The notes under the pieces were generated by a model. That model saw nothing but the letters and a program-made list of their open reading frames with translations. It had not been told where the DNA came from and did no database searches. A stretch of 64,000 bases of DNA from a virus: positions 1 to 64,000 of the IMG/VR virus record IMGVR_UViG_3300021356_000007; one strand, written 5' to 3'. The position numbers and the translations under genes are program-made. Below are positions 19,977 to 29,822 of the stretch, piece by piece. The first letter of the stretch is position 1; every line of letters begins with the position of its first letter.

Positions 19977-21722
19977 CTAAGCCCCTCTTGGATTACGGGC
20001 GTTAATTATACCTTGACTTGCTTGTTCCAAACCTGTGGGTTGCATACCCCTTTGTTGAACGCTCGACATAGGACTACCTGAGCCCATGCTAGTTCTGTTC
20101 TGTGGGCTCGCAGGACCACGGTCTCTTAGCCCCATACCTTCTCCTCCGGGGTTAGCCATACCGGGTACTTGAGCCTGCCTTCCCATCTGTGCTGCCAATT
20201 GCGGAGGGATGTTTCTACTCGGTAGTGCGCCCGGAGTACCCATACCTCCACCCATTCTCATACCTCCCATAGGTTGAGGTTGTTGTCCTTGCATCGCTGC
20301 CTCAGCAGGGTCAGGTTGCTTGTAGATGAATCTGATGTCTCGGTTAGCATCTTCTTGTAGTGTAGGTTTGTAGCCCATCATCATCATTCTTTGAGCGATG
20401 TTGACTTCCATCTCGTCTCTTCTCAGTCTAGTGACTTCGTCTTCCTCTTCATTTGGATATAGTGTCAACTTCCAATCAGTGACATCCATCTGTTCCATCA
20501 TCCTTGGGAATAGATGCTCTGTGTATACTTTGTGACCGAACTCTACTGCACGATTAGTGACGAGTATCTGCATACCTTCGTTGTTTAAACCGCCTGACTT
20601 ACCTGTGTCCATCATGAACACATTAGATACTCCGTAGAACGCAGCAATACGCTGACGCATCTCATCACGAGCAGGTATGTACTGCATTTCTTCAAGACTG
20701 TCCATCAGTTTGACCCAATTGACACCACCCTTACCGTTACCTTCAGTAGCAATCTTAGGGATGTAATGAGGGTCACGCTCAAGTTTTTCATCAGTGGCTT
20801 TCCAAAATGCCTTCATTGATTCAAGATTCTCTGTACTAATGCTCAAAATACCTCTTGGTATTCTGCGCTTTGAATAAGCAGTGTACATGTAGTTGTCCAT
20901 CGCTGTCAAAGTCATAGCCTGTCTCCAAAGTGTAGATACAGGGCTTCGACCATACAACTTACTAGGGTTGTATTTACTCACATGTATGACTTCACCCTTG
21001 AGGTAATACTGAGTCTTACCACTACCGGCAGTATTGACATGGTGTACATCTTCCATCTCAGTCCCACATATAGAGCATTTCTTTTCTTCTTCAGAGAAAG
21101 ATTTGACTTCGCTTCTGTGAATAGGGCAAACTCTGAATCTGCCTCCTCTTACACCACGCTTGTCAGCAATAATACGCATGAATATAGGGTCGCCTCTAAC
21201 AATTTCCTTGATACGATAGAAAGCCATTTCATTAGTTTCAGGGTCAATGAAGTATTCTTTGATGAGTATAAGGAATGCGTCATCGGTGATATTGAGGTCA
21301 TATTCTATCTCCCTTAGTACATCCATGAAGGTTTGTTCCATAGAGTTTCTCTGCTCTATTAGCCACCTTGGATATACTAATTGGTCGGGATTAGGACTGA
21401 CTAATTCAGTACTACCGCACTCTTTACATTCATCTACATCGTGCTGGAACTCTTTGTCACAGGCTGTACACTTCTTGTGAAACTTCTTCTCCCAATAGTA
21501 GCCTCTTCTGAATATCTCTTGTTGCAAAGTACTCAACACAGTTCTTAGAATAAGATTTTCATTAGCCACTGCATAAAGAGCAGGGATAGTAATACCTTGG
21601 ACAAGTACAGGCTCTTGTATACCAGTAGTCCATAAAGGCATTTGGGGCTCAGGCGTTGTCCTTCTACGAAAAGGACTACCCAAAGTTTCTAAGAATCTAC
21701 CTACTCTACCTTTCTCTGCCAT
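19977..21722 (-). CDS. Portal protein with two zinc-ribbon insertions and a low-complexity G/M/Q/P tail
   Basis: DLNITDDAFL, EVIHVSKYNPSKLYGRSPV, IPRGIL, EMQYI...RQRIAAFYGV portal motifs; start at 21722 overlaps upstream stop (TGATG). Confidence 0.9.
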   Translation of the reverse strand: MAEKGRVGRFLETLGSPFRRRTTPEPQMPLWTTGIQEPVLVQGITIPALYAVANENLILRTVLSTLQQEIFRRGYYWEKKFHKKCTACDKEFQHDVDECKECGSTELVSPNPDQLVYPRWLIEQRNSMEQTFMDVLREIEYDLNITDDAFLILIKEYFIDPETNEMAFYRIKEIVRGDPIFMRIIADKRGVRGGRFRVCPIHRSEVKSFSEEEKKCSICGTEMEDVHHVNTAGSGKTQYYLKGEVIHVSKYNPSKLYGRSPVSTLWRQAMTLTAMDNYMYTAYSKRRIPRGILSISTENLESMKAFWKATDEKLERDPHYIPKIATEGNGKGGVNWVKLMDSLEEMQYIPARDEMRQRIAAFYGVSNVFMMDTGKSGGLNNEGMQILVTNRAVEFGHKVYTEHLFPRMMEQMDVTDWKLTLYPNEEEDEVTRLRRDEMEVNIAQRMMMMGYKPTLQEDANRDIRFIYKQPDPAEAAMQGQQPQPMGGMRMGGGMGTPGALPSRNIPPQLAAQMGRQAQVPGMANPGGEGMGLRDRGPASPQNRTSMGSGSPMSSVQQRGMQPTGLEQASQGIINARNPRGA

Positions 21723-23023
21723 CACAATGCCTCCGCCCAACTCATGACTGTATCACGGTCTACTCCCCATTCTCGCAGAGACTCCTCACCTTTAGATGTT
21801 CCATCCCTGTTAGAGAATTGAACAAATCTCTTGAGTTGAGTTTTCCTGACTGGGTCTTTCTCTCCAATATATGCAAGTACAGCCTTTGCCTGCATATCTT
21901 TCATCCTTAGATGTGGGGTAAGATTACTGAGTAATTTACTCAAATCATCCTTGGCATAGAAACTAACACGATGTTGACTCCTCTGATTATCAGAGTACAC
22001 TTTTTGGTCGAGTTGCAAAACGCCCGCACCGATGTGTTTGTGTAATTCTTCACAGTGCATTCTGCCCCTTTCTCCTGTAGCGATGAATCCCGCCCTTGGC
22101 TCTCCACGCTCGGTGATGGTAATATAACCATCAGCATCTAAGAAGCCTGCCGCATAAGCCCAATTATCTTTGATTATCAAACCTTCTCGGTTGATACACA
22201 TGTATTCACCTCTTCTGTGTGACTTGATTATGTTAAGTTCTTCACCGTACATATTCAGTAACTTAGCCAATTTAGCAGAACTTACATTGGAGACTCCCTT
22301 CTCTATCAAGTTAGATGCGATTGCCTTAGATGTCATTGCACCTTTTTCTTCCATCTCCGATTTAGATAGTGTCAATAGTTTCTGTTGCTCTTTGTTGAGG
22401 TTATCGAATTGATGCAATGCATTCTTCCAAATCTTACGAGCGTCTTGCTTCTGTTGCATAGAACTAACCCAAGAGTTCTTTTCTTCTTCTCCCCACACAT
22501 CTTGGAACTCATCTAATTTGGCGAGTATATCTTCTGCATTATTCCAAAGATGACAGGCTCTCATCAGAGTAGTCTTCCTAGTATTACCAAAAAGTCTCAA
22601 TGCTCTCAGGTCTTTGTTAGATAGTCCCATCTTTCTCATAGCATCTTGGTAAGGCTCGGACCAATCTAACTTAGATAGTGTAGCCTCTACTTCCAAACTC
22701 TTCAACGCTCTGACACTGTGAATAATACTGTCAATCTCTTCTTTGTCTTCTTTGAATACCCTGCGGGCTTTTCTAAGGTCCTTGATGATACTGTTAGCAC
22801 TTTTACCTAACTTATCTTCGAACCAACCTTCACCAGTAGGCGAGAACGGTGCATATTGCGGTTTTCTTATTTCTTCAGTGACGAAAGAATTTGATGCTAT
22901 TGACTTAGCAATCACTTCATCAACATTAGGATGGGACAAAAGACTTGACGCAATAGTACTCAATGTGTCGTCTCCCATATCAATCGAATAATTGGAGTCA
23001 CCTACAGACAAACTAGACCACAT
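21722..23023 (-). CDS. Protein with C-terminal single LAGLIDADG domain
   Basis: WAYAAGFLDADGYITI...LTPHLRMKDMQAKAVL; long helical N-terminal region. Confidence 0.75.
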   Translation of the reverse strand: MWSSLSVGDSNYSIDMGDDTLSTIASSLLSHPNVDEVIAKSIASNSFVTEEIRKPQYAPFSPTGEGWFEDKLGKSANSIIKDLRKARRVFKEDKEEIDSIIHSVRALKSLEVEATLSKLDWSEPYQDAMRKMGLSNKDLRALRLFGNTRKTTLMRACHLWNNAEDILAKLDEFQDVWGEEEKNSWVSSMQQKQDARKIWKNALHQFDNLNKEQQKLLTLSKSEMEEKGAMTSKAIASNLIEKGVSNVSSAKLAKLLNMYGEELNIIKSHRRGEYMCINREGLIIKDNWAYAAGFLDADGYITITERGEPRAGFIATGERGRMHCEELHKHIGAGVLQLDQKVYSDNQRSQHRVSFYAKDDLSKLLSNLTPHLRMKDMQAKAVLAYIGEKDPVRKTQLKRFVQFSNRDGTSKGEESLREWGVDRDTVMSWAEAL

Positions 23024-23052
23024 ATTATCACCCAGTTTTTGGTGTCACTTAA

Positions 23053-24534
23053 TTATATCGTGTACCAACTCGCCCCTGCGACATTTCTCTGCGGTACATC
23101 GCCAAACCAATCATCGACTCCATCAAGATAGTCGTCAAGTAATACAATAGTCCCTCTGAACTCCTTAGTAGCCCAGTTAGCAAGGGCTACACTTACAGCC
23201 AAGTCATCGTGGCTACCCACAGATTCTAGCCTGCCGTTCTTCTGCATACCGAATCTACTCAATTGTGTCTCCAAAGTTCTAGTGAACTCCTTGCTCTTTT
23301 CGTCCCCCCAAGGTGTTTTGATGTGACCTTGTTCAAAGGCAAGTAGTAAACTCATGAACATGGACTCCTTCTTAGCACGAGTAGTCATGAATATCTTGAT
23401 TGGCATATCTGCTGCCATCTCTCGCATCTCTGCCTCAAGCATTCTTTGGAAATTGTTACCTTCAAGTTCAATCAAGTCAGGTTGGAATTTGTTATTGAGT
23501 GAAACCATCATGCGCTTTTGAGCCATAGACGATAGTCCCTTTTGGTGAACTGTGTGTATCAACTGCTTGACATCCTCGCCCGGCAACATACGCATAACTG
23601 TCATAGCAGTGTAGTCAGCATTTTTATCAGAAGAGATAGCGGGGTCATAACCTATGAAATGTTGACCGAATATACCACTCGCCTCTCCTTCTTCGTTATA
23701 GTCAACTTCTGCTTTATCTATCAATCTGAGATTAGGGTCACGAGCCTTTTCTAGTAATGTCATTGGGAACATACTAGACATATCGTGGATAGGCTCACAC
23801 AGATACTCACGAGCAAACTTGATTGCAGGCATAGAGTTTTCACGCTGTTTCAACGCTTCAAGAGGCCACCTGTTAGGCCAAAGTGGTTGACCGTCAGGTA
23901 ATATCGCAGGGTAAGTCTCTACAGTGAATGTGTCTTTGTCTTCAAGTTCAGCGTACAAGTCGTTGTAACTGAAAGGAGTACCTACCATCATCAGTCTACC
24001 TGTGTGGTGAAGCACAGGAAGCAATACAGTATAGAACCAATCGGCTGCTCTTTGAAGTTCAGAACTGGTAGTACCCCATAGAATATCGTCACATACTACA
24101 ACATCAGGGTGAAAACCACGAGTAGCACCACCAACGGACTTAGCCATGATACGACTACCGTTAGTGAACTCAAAGTATGATTTAGCCCAAGGTTTACCCT
24201 GTGGCTTAAGCCCTTTAAGAATATCAGCAGACTCTATATTATTTCTAATGAATCTCATGTGTTCCAGTGTCTGTTCAAGGCTGTGACTGAACACCATGAT
24301 GTGAGTATTAGGATTGAAAGCACCTAGCCAAAGGGCATAACTCATGAAAAATACAGACTTACCGTGGTCTCTACTAGCCTTAACACAGTAGTATTTGTTT
24401 TGATTGAGTCCTTTGAGCCAGTCTTCGTGGTGTTTGGATAACTCAAACCCTAGTATCTCTGTGAAGAAATAAGAAAAGGACTTCTTTGACATCTGAGTGT
24501 CCATCTCGTGCACTAGGCTATCAATATCAGCCAA
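23053..24534 (-). CDS. terL: Terminase large subunit
   Basis: Walker A ASRDHGKS, Walker B VVVCDD, MVGTP coupling motif, FAREYLCEP, nuclease FIGYDPA...DYTAM...HDD. Confidence 0.95.
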   Translation of the reverse strand: MADIDSLVHEMDTQMSKKSFSYFFTEILGFELSKHHEDWLKGLNQNKYYCVKASRDHGKSVFFMSYALWLGAFNPNTHIMVFSHSLEQTLEHMRFIRNNIESADILKGLKPQGKPWAKSYFEFTNGSRIMAKSVGGATRGFHPDVVVCDDILWGTTSSELQRAADWFYTVLLPVLHHTGRLMMVGTPFSYNDLYAELEDKDTFTVETYPAILPDGQPLWPNRWPLEALKQRENSMPAIKFAREYLCEPIHDMSSMFPMTLLEKARDPNLRLIDKAEVDYNEEGEASGIFGQHFIGYDPAISSDKNADYTAMTVMRMLPGEDVKQLIHTVHQKGLSSMAQKRMMVSLNNKFQPDLIELEGNNFQRMLEAEMREMAADMPIKIFMTTRAKKESMFMSLLLAFEQGHIKTPWGDEKSKEFTRTLETQLSRFGMQKNGRLESVGSHDDLAVSVALANWATKEFRGTIVLLDDYLDGVDDWFGDVPQRNVAGASWYTI

Positions 24535-24537
24535 GCG

Positions 24538-25455
24538 TCAAACCCCCTGCTGTTGCCTTGACTGTATGCCTCTCAAACTACTAGGGTTAACTACTCCAAC
24601 TCGGTTTTCTTCAGGTTCCTCCTCGTTTTCCTCAAACTCAGCCTCTTGGATTTGTCTCAGATTCTTAACTCCTACTGATGTGGAACGCTCGCCATCCATA
24701 CCATTGTTAACCGCTTCTTTGTTGCCCGCATTTTCATCCCTTTGAATTTCGGCAGCAGCGGTATCTCCTGCACCCATAGGCGGAGGCAACTGTAACATAG
24801 GGTCAACTGGCTGACCTTGAGCATTGATTGGTTGCATACCAGCAGCAGCCCTCTGTGCTTGCGTTATTTCTTCTTCAGAAGCACCATAATTTGTGAACAT
24901 ATTAGTAAACGCCCGACCTCTATTCGCCATGTTTAGGTCTTCTTCACCAAACTCCCTACCTCTTGCCCTAGCACGAGCCCTATTCTCTGCTCTTTGGGCT
25001 TGCCTAGCCATTCTTTCTTCTTGTGCTTGCCTAGCCTTCTCAGCATCAATCACGCCTATTTGTTGTCGCATATCTTGAGGTCTTCTCTGCCTAAATTGAA
25101 ATCTATCAAGGTCTCCACGAGCCCCATACTGAGCGTATAGATTACGAGTAGCCTCATCCATGTCTGCCCTCGCCCTGCTTTCTCTACTAGAAAGCCTCCT
25201 ACCCAAAGAGCCTCCAAGTGTAGAGCCTTGAGCCCCGCCACTTACCATAGCGTTAGCAAGACTACCTAGGCTTCTATGTTGCCCTGTCAAAGCACCTGCT
25301 ACTCCGACTAATCCACCTAATCCTCCACCGAGTCTTTGTAATCTAGTTCTGCCTTGACTACCTCTACCTTGGTTACCGCCTACTACCATTACAGGTCCTC
25401 CGCCCAAAGTGTTGTAGTTAGGTCTGATAGCCTTAGTAACCAGTACTTTATCCAT
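24538..25455 (-). CDS. Gly/Arg/Gln-rich putative internal virion protein
   Basis: Gly-rich hydrophobic segment plus coiled coil; late operon; VLVTK/A near N-terminus. Confidence 0.55.
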   Translation of the reverse strand: MDKVLVTKAIRPNYNTLGGGPVMVVGGNQGRGSQGRTRLQRLGGGLGGLVGVAGALTGQHRSLGSLANAMVSGGAQGSTLGGSLGRRLSSRESRARADMDEATRNLYAQYGARGDLDRFQFRQRRPQDMRQQIGVIDAEKARQAQEERMARQAQRAENRARARARGREFGEEDLNMANRGRAFTNMFTNYGASEEEITQAQRAAAGMQPINAQGQPVDPMLQLPPPMGAGDTAAAEIQRDENAGNKEAVNNGMDGERSTSVGVKNLRQIQEAEFEENEEEPEENRVGVVNPSSLRGIQSRQQQGV

Positions 25456-27425
25456 CAGAATTCACCTCTCAAGAATCCATCGAAGTAACCCATCTTCTTA
25501 CGAATCAAATCAATGTCGTTGACTACATCACCGCTTGTTCTTATCGGTGCTTGTTGTACAAGCCCTGTAACATCATCGCTTGGGGCAATGTTGAAGAAAG
25601 TTTGACCTCTCGGTAAAGCCCTCGCTTGTTGAAAAGCCATTTCTTCAGGAGATGCCTGTCGAGTTGGTAAAGCGGGTATAGCAGGCATTTGACCCGTAGG
25701 TTGTGGTATGCCCGCCATGTCACCCGGTACAACTCTTACTTGTTGAGGTCTTTGTTCAATTGCTGGTGCTGGCTGTACCGTTCCTTCTCCTACCATACCT
25801 TGAGAACCAGCCATATCGTTGAGTTCTCCACGGACAGTTGCACCCGGAGGTGCTAGTTGCTGCTGGGTGTATATCCTATCCTGCCAATGGTCGGGGGCTT
25901 GATGGTGTCCAAAATCAGGAACACTGTGTTCAAGATTGTCCTTTTCGTAGTCGGTAGGTATTTCTCCAAAGGTGAACCTTTCATGCCCTGTCTTTTCTAG
26001 TAACTTGTCGATTACTCCTTGAACCTTATCACGGTATTCTTCATCTACACCATGGCTGTCAATATTAGCATCTTCTTCTTCTGCCCTAAGTTGACCTAAC
26101 ACAGTCTGCAAAGCCTCATCTTGAGGAACGCCTTCATTCATGAGTTTACTAGCAGTGTGACTAATGTGTGCTACTATCTCTCCAGCCCTGTGATTAGCAC
26201 TTCTTGCAAACTGAGTGTCTCCTACAGCAGCACCACTAGCATGTTGTGCGTGTAACTTGTAAGTATCTTCATTGTGGTGAGAGCCTAGCCCTCTAACGAT
26301 ATTTCTGAATACAGCACCGACACCCCTGCCAGTTCCATCTGAATTTATACCGTGTGATTTATTTTGGAAAAGTAACCTAATCATAGCAGACCTAGATACA
26401 TCATTGAGTTCTTCAGGGCTTAATCCGTGGTCTATACCTTGCTCGTCAAAGAATGCTTGTAACTTCTCACCGTTAAATCCAGCACCTTGCCCTCTACCAC
26501 CTGCACCCATTCTTCTAAAAGCCGAATGGGGTAGGAAATGTGCAAGTTGGTGACCGTGTACTTCAGGGTGTCTTCTGTTTTCAGCAAGTGATTGTTGTTG
26601 TTCACCACTAAGATACATGTCAGGTAATTGACCTGTTTGCTGATAAGTCTTGAAATCTCTAGGGGCAATAGACTGAACTATACCTCCGCTAAGGCTGCCG
26701 GGCATCAATCTGTTATACTTGACATAATGCAGTTGCGATATATCTTTATCGTCAAGGTAAGTCCTCTTTTTCAGAACATCACCTAGTTCTTTATTCATGT
26801 GAATGAAGCCGCTGTCAATCCATCTTCCAGTAGCCCCACCTTTGACATTTCCTCTGTTCATAGAATAAGTAATCAGAGGTCTTGGTCCATTTTCGTATAA
26901 GGGTTCAGCACCTCTGACTCTTCTCATGTGCGTTGGAACATTGTTTTCATAGTGAGGACCAGCATGGACTTTTCGCCAAGCACTGCTTGAAAAATTAGGA
27001 AGGCTATGGTTAGTCTTCCCATCACCATGTACAGTATCGTGGTTAGCATTGTATTGGTCTATTGCCTCTTGTATCAAACCAGCGGTTTGAACTTGAGCCT
27101 CTCTCAACTTATCAGCATCTCCACTAGCCAATGCTTTAGGGAATATCCTTTGCATTAAGTCTCTGTGAACATAATCAATAGGATGTAATCCCCCATCTAG
27201 TAACTCGCCCGTTTCAGGGTGATGATTGAAAGGAGGGTGGTCGTGTTGCTTAGGGTCAGGATTAACACCTGCATCTGAAGGATTCCAAGAATGTCTGAGT
27301 TGATTGTTGAACATCAGTCCTGCTGATTTTCTGATAGTGTTATTGAACACTCTAAGAAAGTCGTTAGTACCAAAGAAGGTCTGCTTCTTAATATGACTGG
27401 TAGCAGGTAGATGGACTTTCCACAT
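25455..27425 (-). CDS. His-rich putative internal virion protein
   Basis: 656-aa ORF translationally coupled in late operon. Confidence 0.6.
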   Translation of the reverse strand: MWKVHLPATSHIKKQTFFGTNDFLRVFNNTIRKSAGLMFNNQLRHSWNPSDAGVNPDPKQHDHPPFNHHPETGELLDGGLHPIDYVHRDLMQRIFPKALASGDADKLREAQVQTAGLIQEAIDQYNANHDTVHGDGKTNHSLPNFSSSAWRKVHAGPHYENNVPTHMRRVRGAEPLYENGPRPLITYSMNRGNVKGGATGRWIDSGFIHMNKELGDVLKKRTYLDDKDISQLHYVKYNRLMPGSLSGGIVQSIAPRDFKTYQQTGQLPDMYLSGEQQQSLAENRRHPEVHGHQLAHFLPHSAFRRMGAGGRGQGAGFNGEKLQAFFDEQGIDHGLSPEELNDVSRSAMIRLLFQNKSHGINSDGTGRGVGAVFRNIVRGLGSHHNEDTYKLHAQHASGAAVGDTQFARSANHRAGEIVAHISHTASKLMNEGVPQDEALQTVLGQLRAEEEDANIDSHGVDEEYRDKVQGVIDKLLEKTGHERFTFGEIPTDYEKDNLEHSVPDFGHHQAPDHWQDRIYTQQQLAPPGATVRGELNDMAGSQGMVGEGTVQPAPAIEQRPQQVRVVPGDMAGIPQPTGQMPAIPALPTRQASPEEMAFQQARALPRGQTFFNIAPSDDVTGLVQQAPIRTSGDVVNDIDLIRKKMGYFDGFLRGEF

Positions 27426-28546
27426 CAGCCTACCCTCCCACTCCCTCTAGCAGCGAAAAGTAGACTTGGTGCGCCCCAGTTCTTTGGGTCATCCTCTAAG
27501 TTCTCTGTAGCACCTTCAGGTTTGGTAGTGCTGTCTTGTCCTTCACGATGTCCCGCTTCTCTGTTGTTACCATGACCTCCTTGCTTAGCAGCCTTTTTAC
27601 TCCCTTCTTTTCTCTCTAGGGCTTCTTTAAGTTGCCTGACAAGTCTTCTCATCTGATTGAATTGCATGTAGTCCATCTTTTTCTCGACTAACTCTATATC
27701 TTCTCTAATCAAAGACAAAGACTTTGCAAAGGACTTGCCCTTTTCTTTGATATTTCTTGGTTCTTTGATTTGTCCTGAGCCTCCTGATTTAGGGACCCTT
27801 GGGTTGTAATCAGTTTCAGCACCTATTCCGTGTCCTGAAGGTATCTGTGGTACATTACCCATCAATTTTCTACGAGCCTGAGTAGCCTGTTGCTGTCCAT
27901 ACCTTTGTGCATCGAGTCTTAGAGGTTGTTTGGTTTCAACACCTAAGTGAGTCCTGTGTACAGCAAGAGGGGCTCTATCTAATCCTCTCTTTTTCTGAGG
28001 ACTCATAGTCCTTGACTGTTGTTTAGAACGCCTACTGGTTGCTGATGCGATGTTAGAACCGCCCGGTTGAATCTCAAATTGAGGCTGACTCCAAGTCTTA
28101 TCCTTGGCAGTACCCATCTCATCTAACTTAGACTTCATCAAACTAGACCAAGCATCCTCCATAGGCTCACCTGTAGCGAGCATACCGCCCGGTGCAGGCA
28201 TAGTCCCAGTAGCAGCACCAAGACTGAGGTTACCCATATCGGGCATACCTGTCATAGCACCGAACTGCTGACCTTCATTGAATTGGTCGCTCATCTGTAA
28301 AGGGTCTTCTTCTTCCTCCATCATAGGAGGCATCATAGGAGGTTCTTGTTGAGGGATTGATATTTGTAGATGCGGTAGAGTTTCACTCATAACAGGCTTT
28401 TCCTTTTCAGCCTGCTTTTCGTCACGCACCTTTTCCATTTCTTCAGGGTCGCCATAACCATGCTTGTAGTCTTCATCTTTGGAATAACCAAGATTAGACT
28501 CACTTCTAGGTGAGTACATGCGTGTATCAGAACCTGTACTTGGCAT
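27425..28546 (-). CDS. Low-complexity putative internal head protein with TGEPMxxAWxxLxK motif
   Basis: GAGGTGA SD; acidic N-part, TGEPMEDAWSSLMK/S, then basic part. Confidence 0.65.
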   Translation of the reverse strand: MPSTGSDTRMYSPRSESNLGYSKDEDYKHGYGDPEEMEKVRDEKQAEKEKPVMSETLPHLQISIPQQEPPMMPPMMEEEEDPLQMSDQFNEGQQFGAMTGMPDMGNLSLGAATGTMPAPGGMLATGEPMEDAWSSLMKSKLDEMGTAKDKTWSQPQFEIQPGGSNIASATSRRSKQQSRTMSPQKKRGLDRAPLAVHRTHLGVETKQPLRLDAQRYGQQQATQARRKLMGNVPQIPSGHGIGAETDYNPRVPKSGGSGQIKEPRNIKEKGKSFAKSLSLIREDIELVEKKMDYMQFNQMRRLVRQLKEALERKEGSKKAAKQGGHGNNREAGHREGQDSTTKPEGATENLEDDPKNWGAPSLLFAARGSGRVG

Positions 28547-28557
28547 GTTTCTTCACC

Positions 28558-29316
28558 TCATAAAATGTCAAGGATGTCCTCATCCACTGTTCCATCAGCG
28601 TTGGCGAGTAGGCTGGCCTTGACTCGCTTCCATACATCGGTACTTTCTTTGCCTAATTCAACTTTGAGGACATTTATCGTATTATTGGCTACATTTGTAG
28701 ATGGTTCAGCCCATTTTTCTTGGTAAGCACTCAAATCCTTGAGTGTCTCTCTGACCTCTTTGTGGAGTCTTACCATGTCACTGATGACACCGTCATCGTG
28801 TATGTTGGTTTCTTCCATATACTGTGCTAACTTACCGTTCAGTCCTTGTACATTGTTCCTAAGAATATCAATTTCTTCGCCTACTTTGATAGCAACTACG
28901 GCTGCGGAACTCTTTCTAACTAGAGGCTGGAAGTGTTGCTTCATGTGTCTATACACTGAATCTTCACTGCACTCTAGTTCCGTGGCAATATCGTCACTGG
29001 TCCTTTCACCTTCAAAATATGCTACTTCCAATTCCTTTCGATTCTCGCTAGTGCATACTGCACATGAATGATTAGAAGTAGAATGATATTCACCTACATG
29101 ATTTTTCATGTGACGCTCTGCTGTGTTGGCTCTCCAGCCCATATCTTTATCCATTATTTGGGGGTTAGCGATACCGTCAATGATACTCTGCTCTAAAGCA
29201 TCACGGTCACCATGTTGACAAAAAGAACAACTTCTCTTTGTCTGACGAGTACCTCCCATACCATGTCGGAGGGGGCTGGTATGAATAACCTTTTTGAATG
29301 GGAAGGTTACCCTCAT
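28558..29316 (-). CDS. Terminase small subunit candidate: tandem C-x2-C...H-x3-H Zn/HTH repeats plus coiled coil (true start probably nearer 29260)
   Basis: CSFCQH...AERHMKNH and CAVCTS...VYRHMKQH duplicated; oligomerisation-type helices; upstream of TerL in same transcription unit. Confidence 0.55.
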   Translation of the reverse strand: MRVTFPFKKVIHTSPLRHGMGGTRQTKRSCSFCQHGDRDALEQSIIDGIANPQIMDKDMGWRANTAERHMKNHVGEYHSTSNHSCAVCTSENRKELEVAYFEGERTSDDIATELECSEDSVYRHMKQHFQPLVRKSSAAVVAIKVGEEIDILRNNVQGLNGKLAQYMEETNIHDDGVISDMVRLHKEVRETLKDLSAYQEKWAEPSTNVANNTINVLKVELGKESTDVWKRVKASLLANADGTVDEDILDIL

Positions 29317-29319
29317 TTT

Positions 29320-29631
29320 GTGAAACTGCCTAGAATTAAGCCCAAAATCATGGGTGTACCTGTTTCTATAGAAACTGCTCGTGGCTTGTCAAGAGCCTCT
29401 AAGGATATATTAAGAAAAAGAGTAGTCCCTGAAGAAATAAAGCAAGAAAGACTCGACATTTGTATGTCCTGTCCCAGTTGGAAAAACTACAGATGTATGG
29501 AATGTGGTTGTCAAATGCGTGTCAAGACTACACTAACATCGAGCAGATGCCCCAAAGGTAAATGGAAAGAGTACCTAGACTTCAGAAATACGGGAATAAA
29601 TACCAGTCAACATGAAGAAAGCACCGAATAA
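29320..29631 (+). CDS. Small Cys-rich Zn-binding protein (start uncertain)
   Basis: ERLDICMSCP...RCMECGCQM..KT.L....CPKGKW, a motif family common in marine viruses. Confidence 0.65.
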   Translation: MKLPRIKPKIMGVPVSIETARGLSRASKDILRKRVVPEEIKQERLDICMSCPSWKNYRCMECGCQMRVKTTLTSSRCPKGKWKEYLDFRNTGINTSQHEESTE

Positions 29632-29817
29632 TCCCAGCACAAGGTAAGCCATTGTATTACTAGCCATCTTGCCACCTGATGTCAGCAGTAAAACTGTGAG
29701 AGTGACTATTATTGTCAATAGTTGAACCATAACCATGTCAATGATTACACTTTTACGAGGTGCAAATATTTCCATAGCAGTCCCTGAAAAGCCAGCAATT
29801 GGTGTAAAATCCTTCAT
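29575..29817 (-). CDS. Two-TM small membrane protein (holin-like topology)
   Basis: Hydrophobic stretches VIIDMVMVQLLTIIVTLTVLLL and MAYLVLGLFGAFFMLTGIY; GAGGTGA SD. Confidence 0.7.
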   Translation of the reverse strand: MKDFTPIAGFSGTAMEIFAPRKSVIIDMVMVQLLTIIVTLTVLLLTSGGKMASNTMAYLVLGLFGAFFMLTGIYSRISEV

Positions 29818-29822
29818 CTATA

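Noticed and set aside
21722-24534. Intein or intron-encoded endonuclease in TerL/portal
   Set aside because: TerL and portal are complete; no C/S...HN intein ends; LAGLIDADG ORF is free-standing
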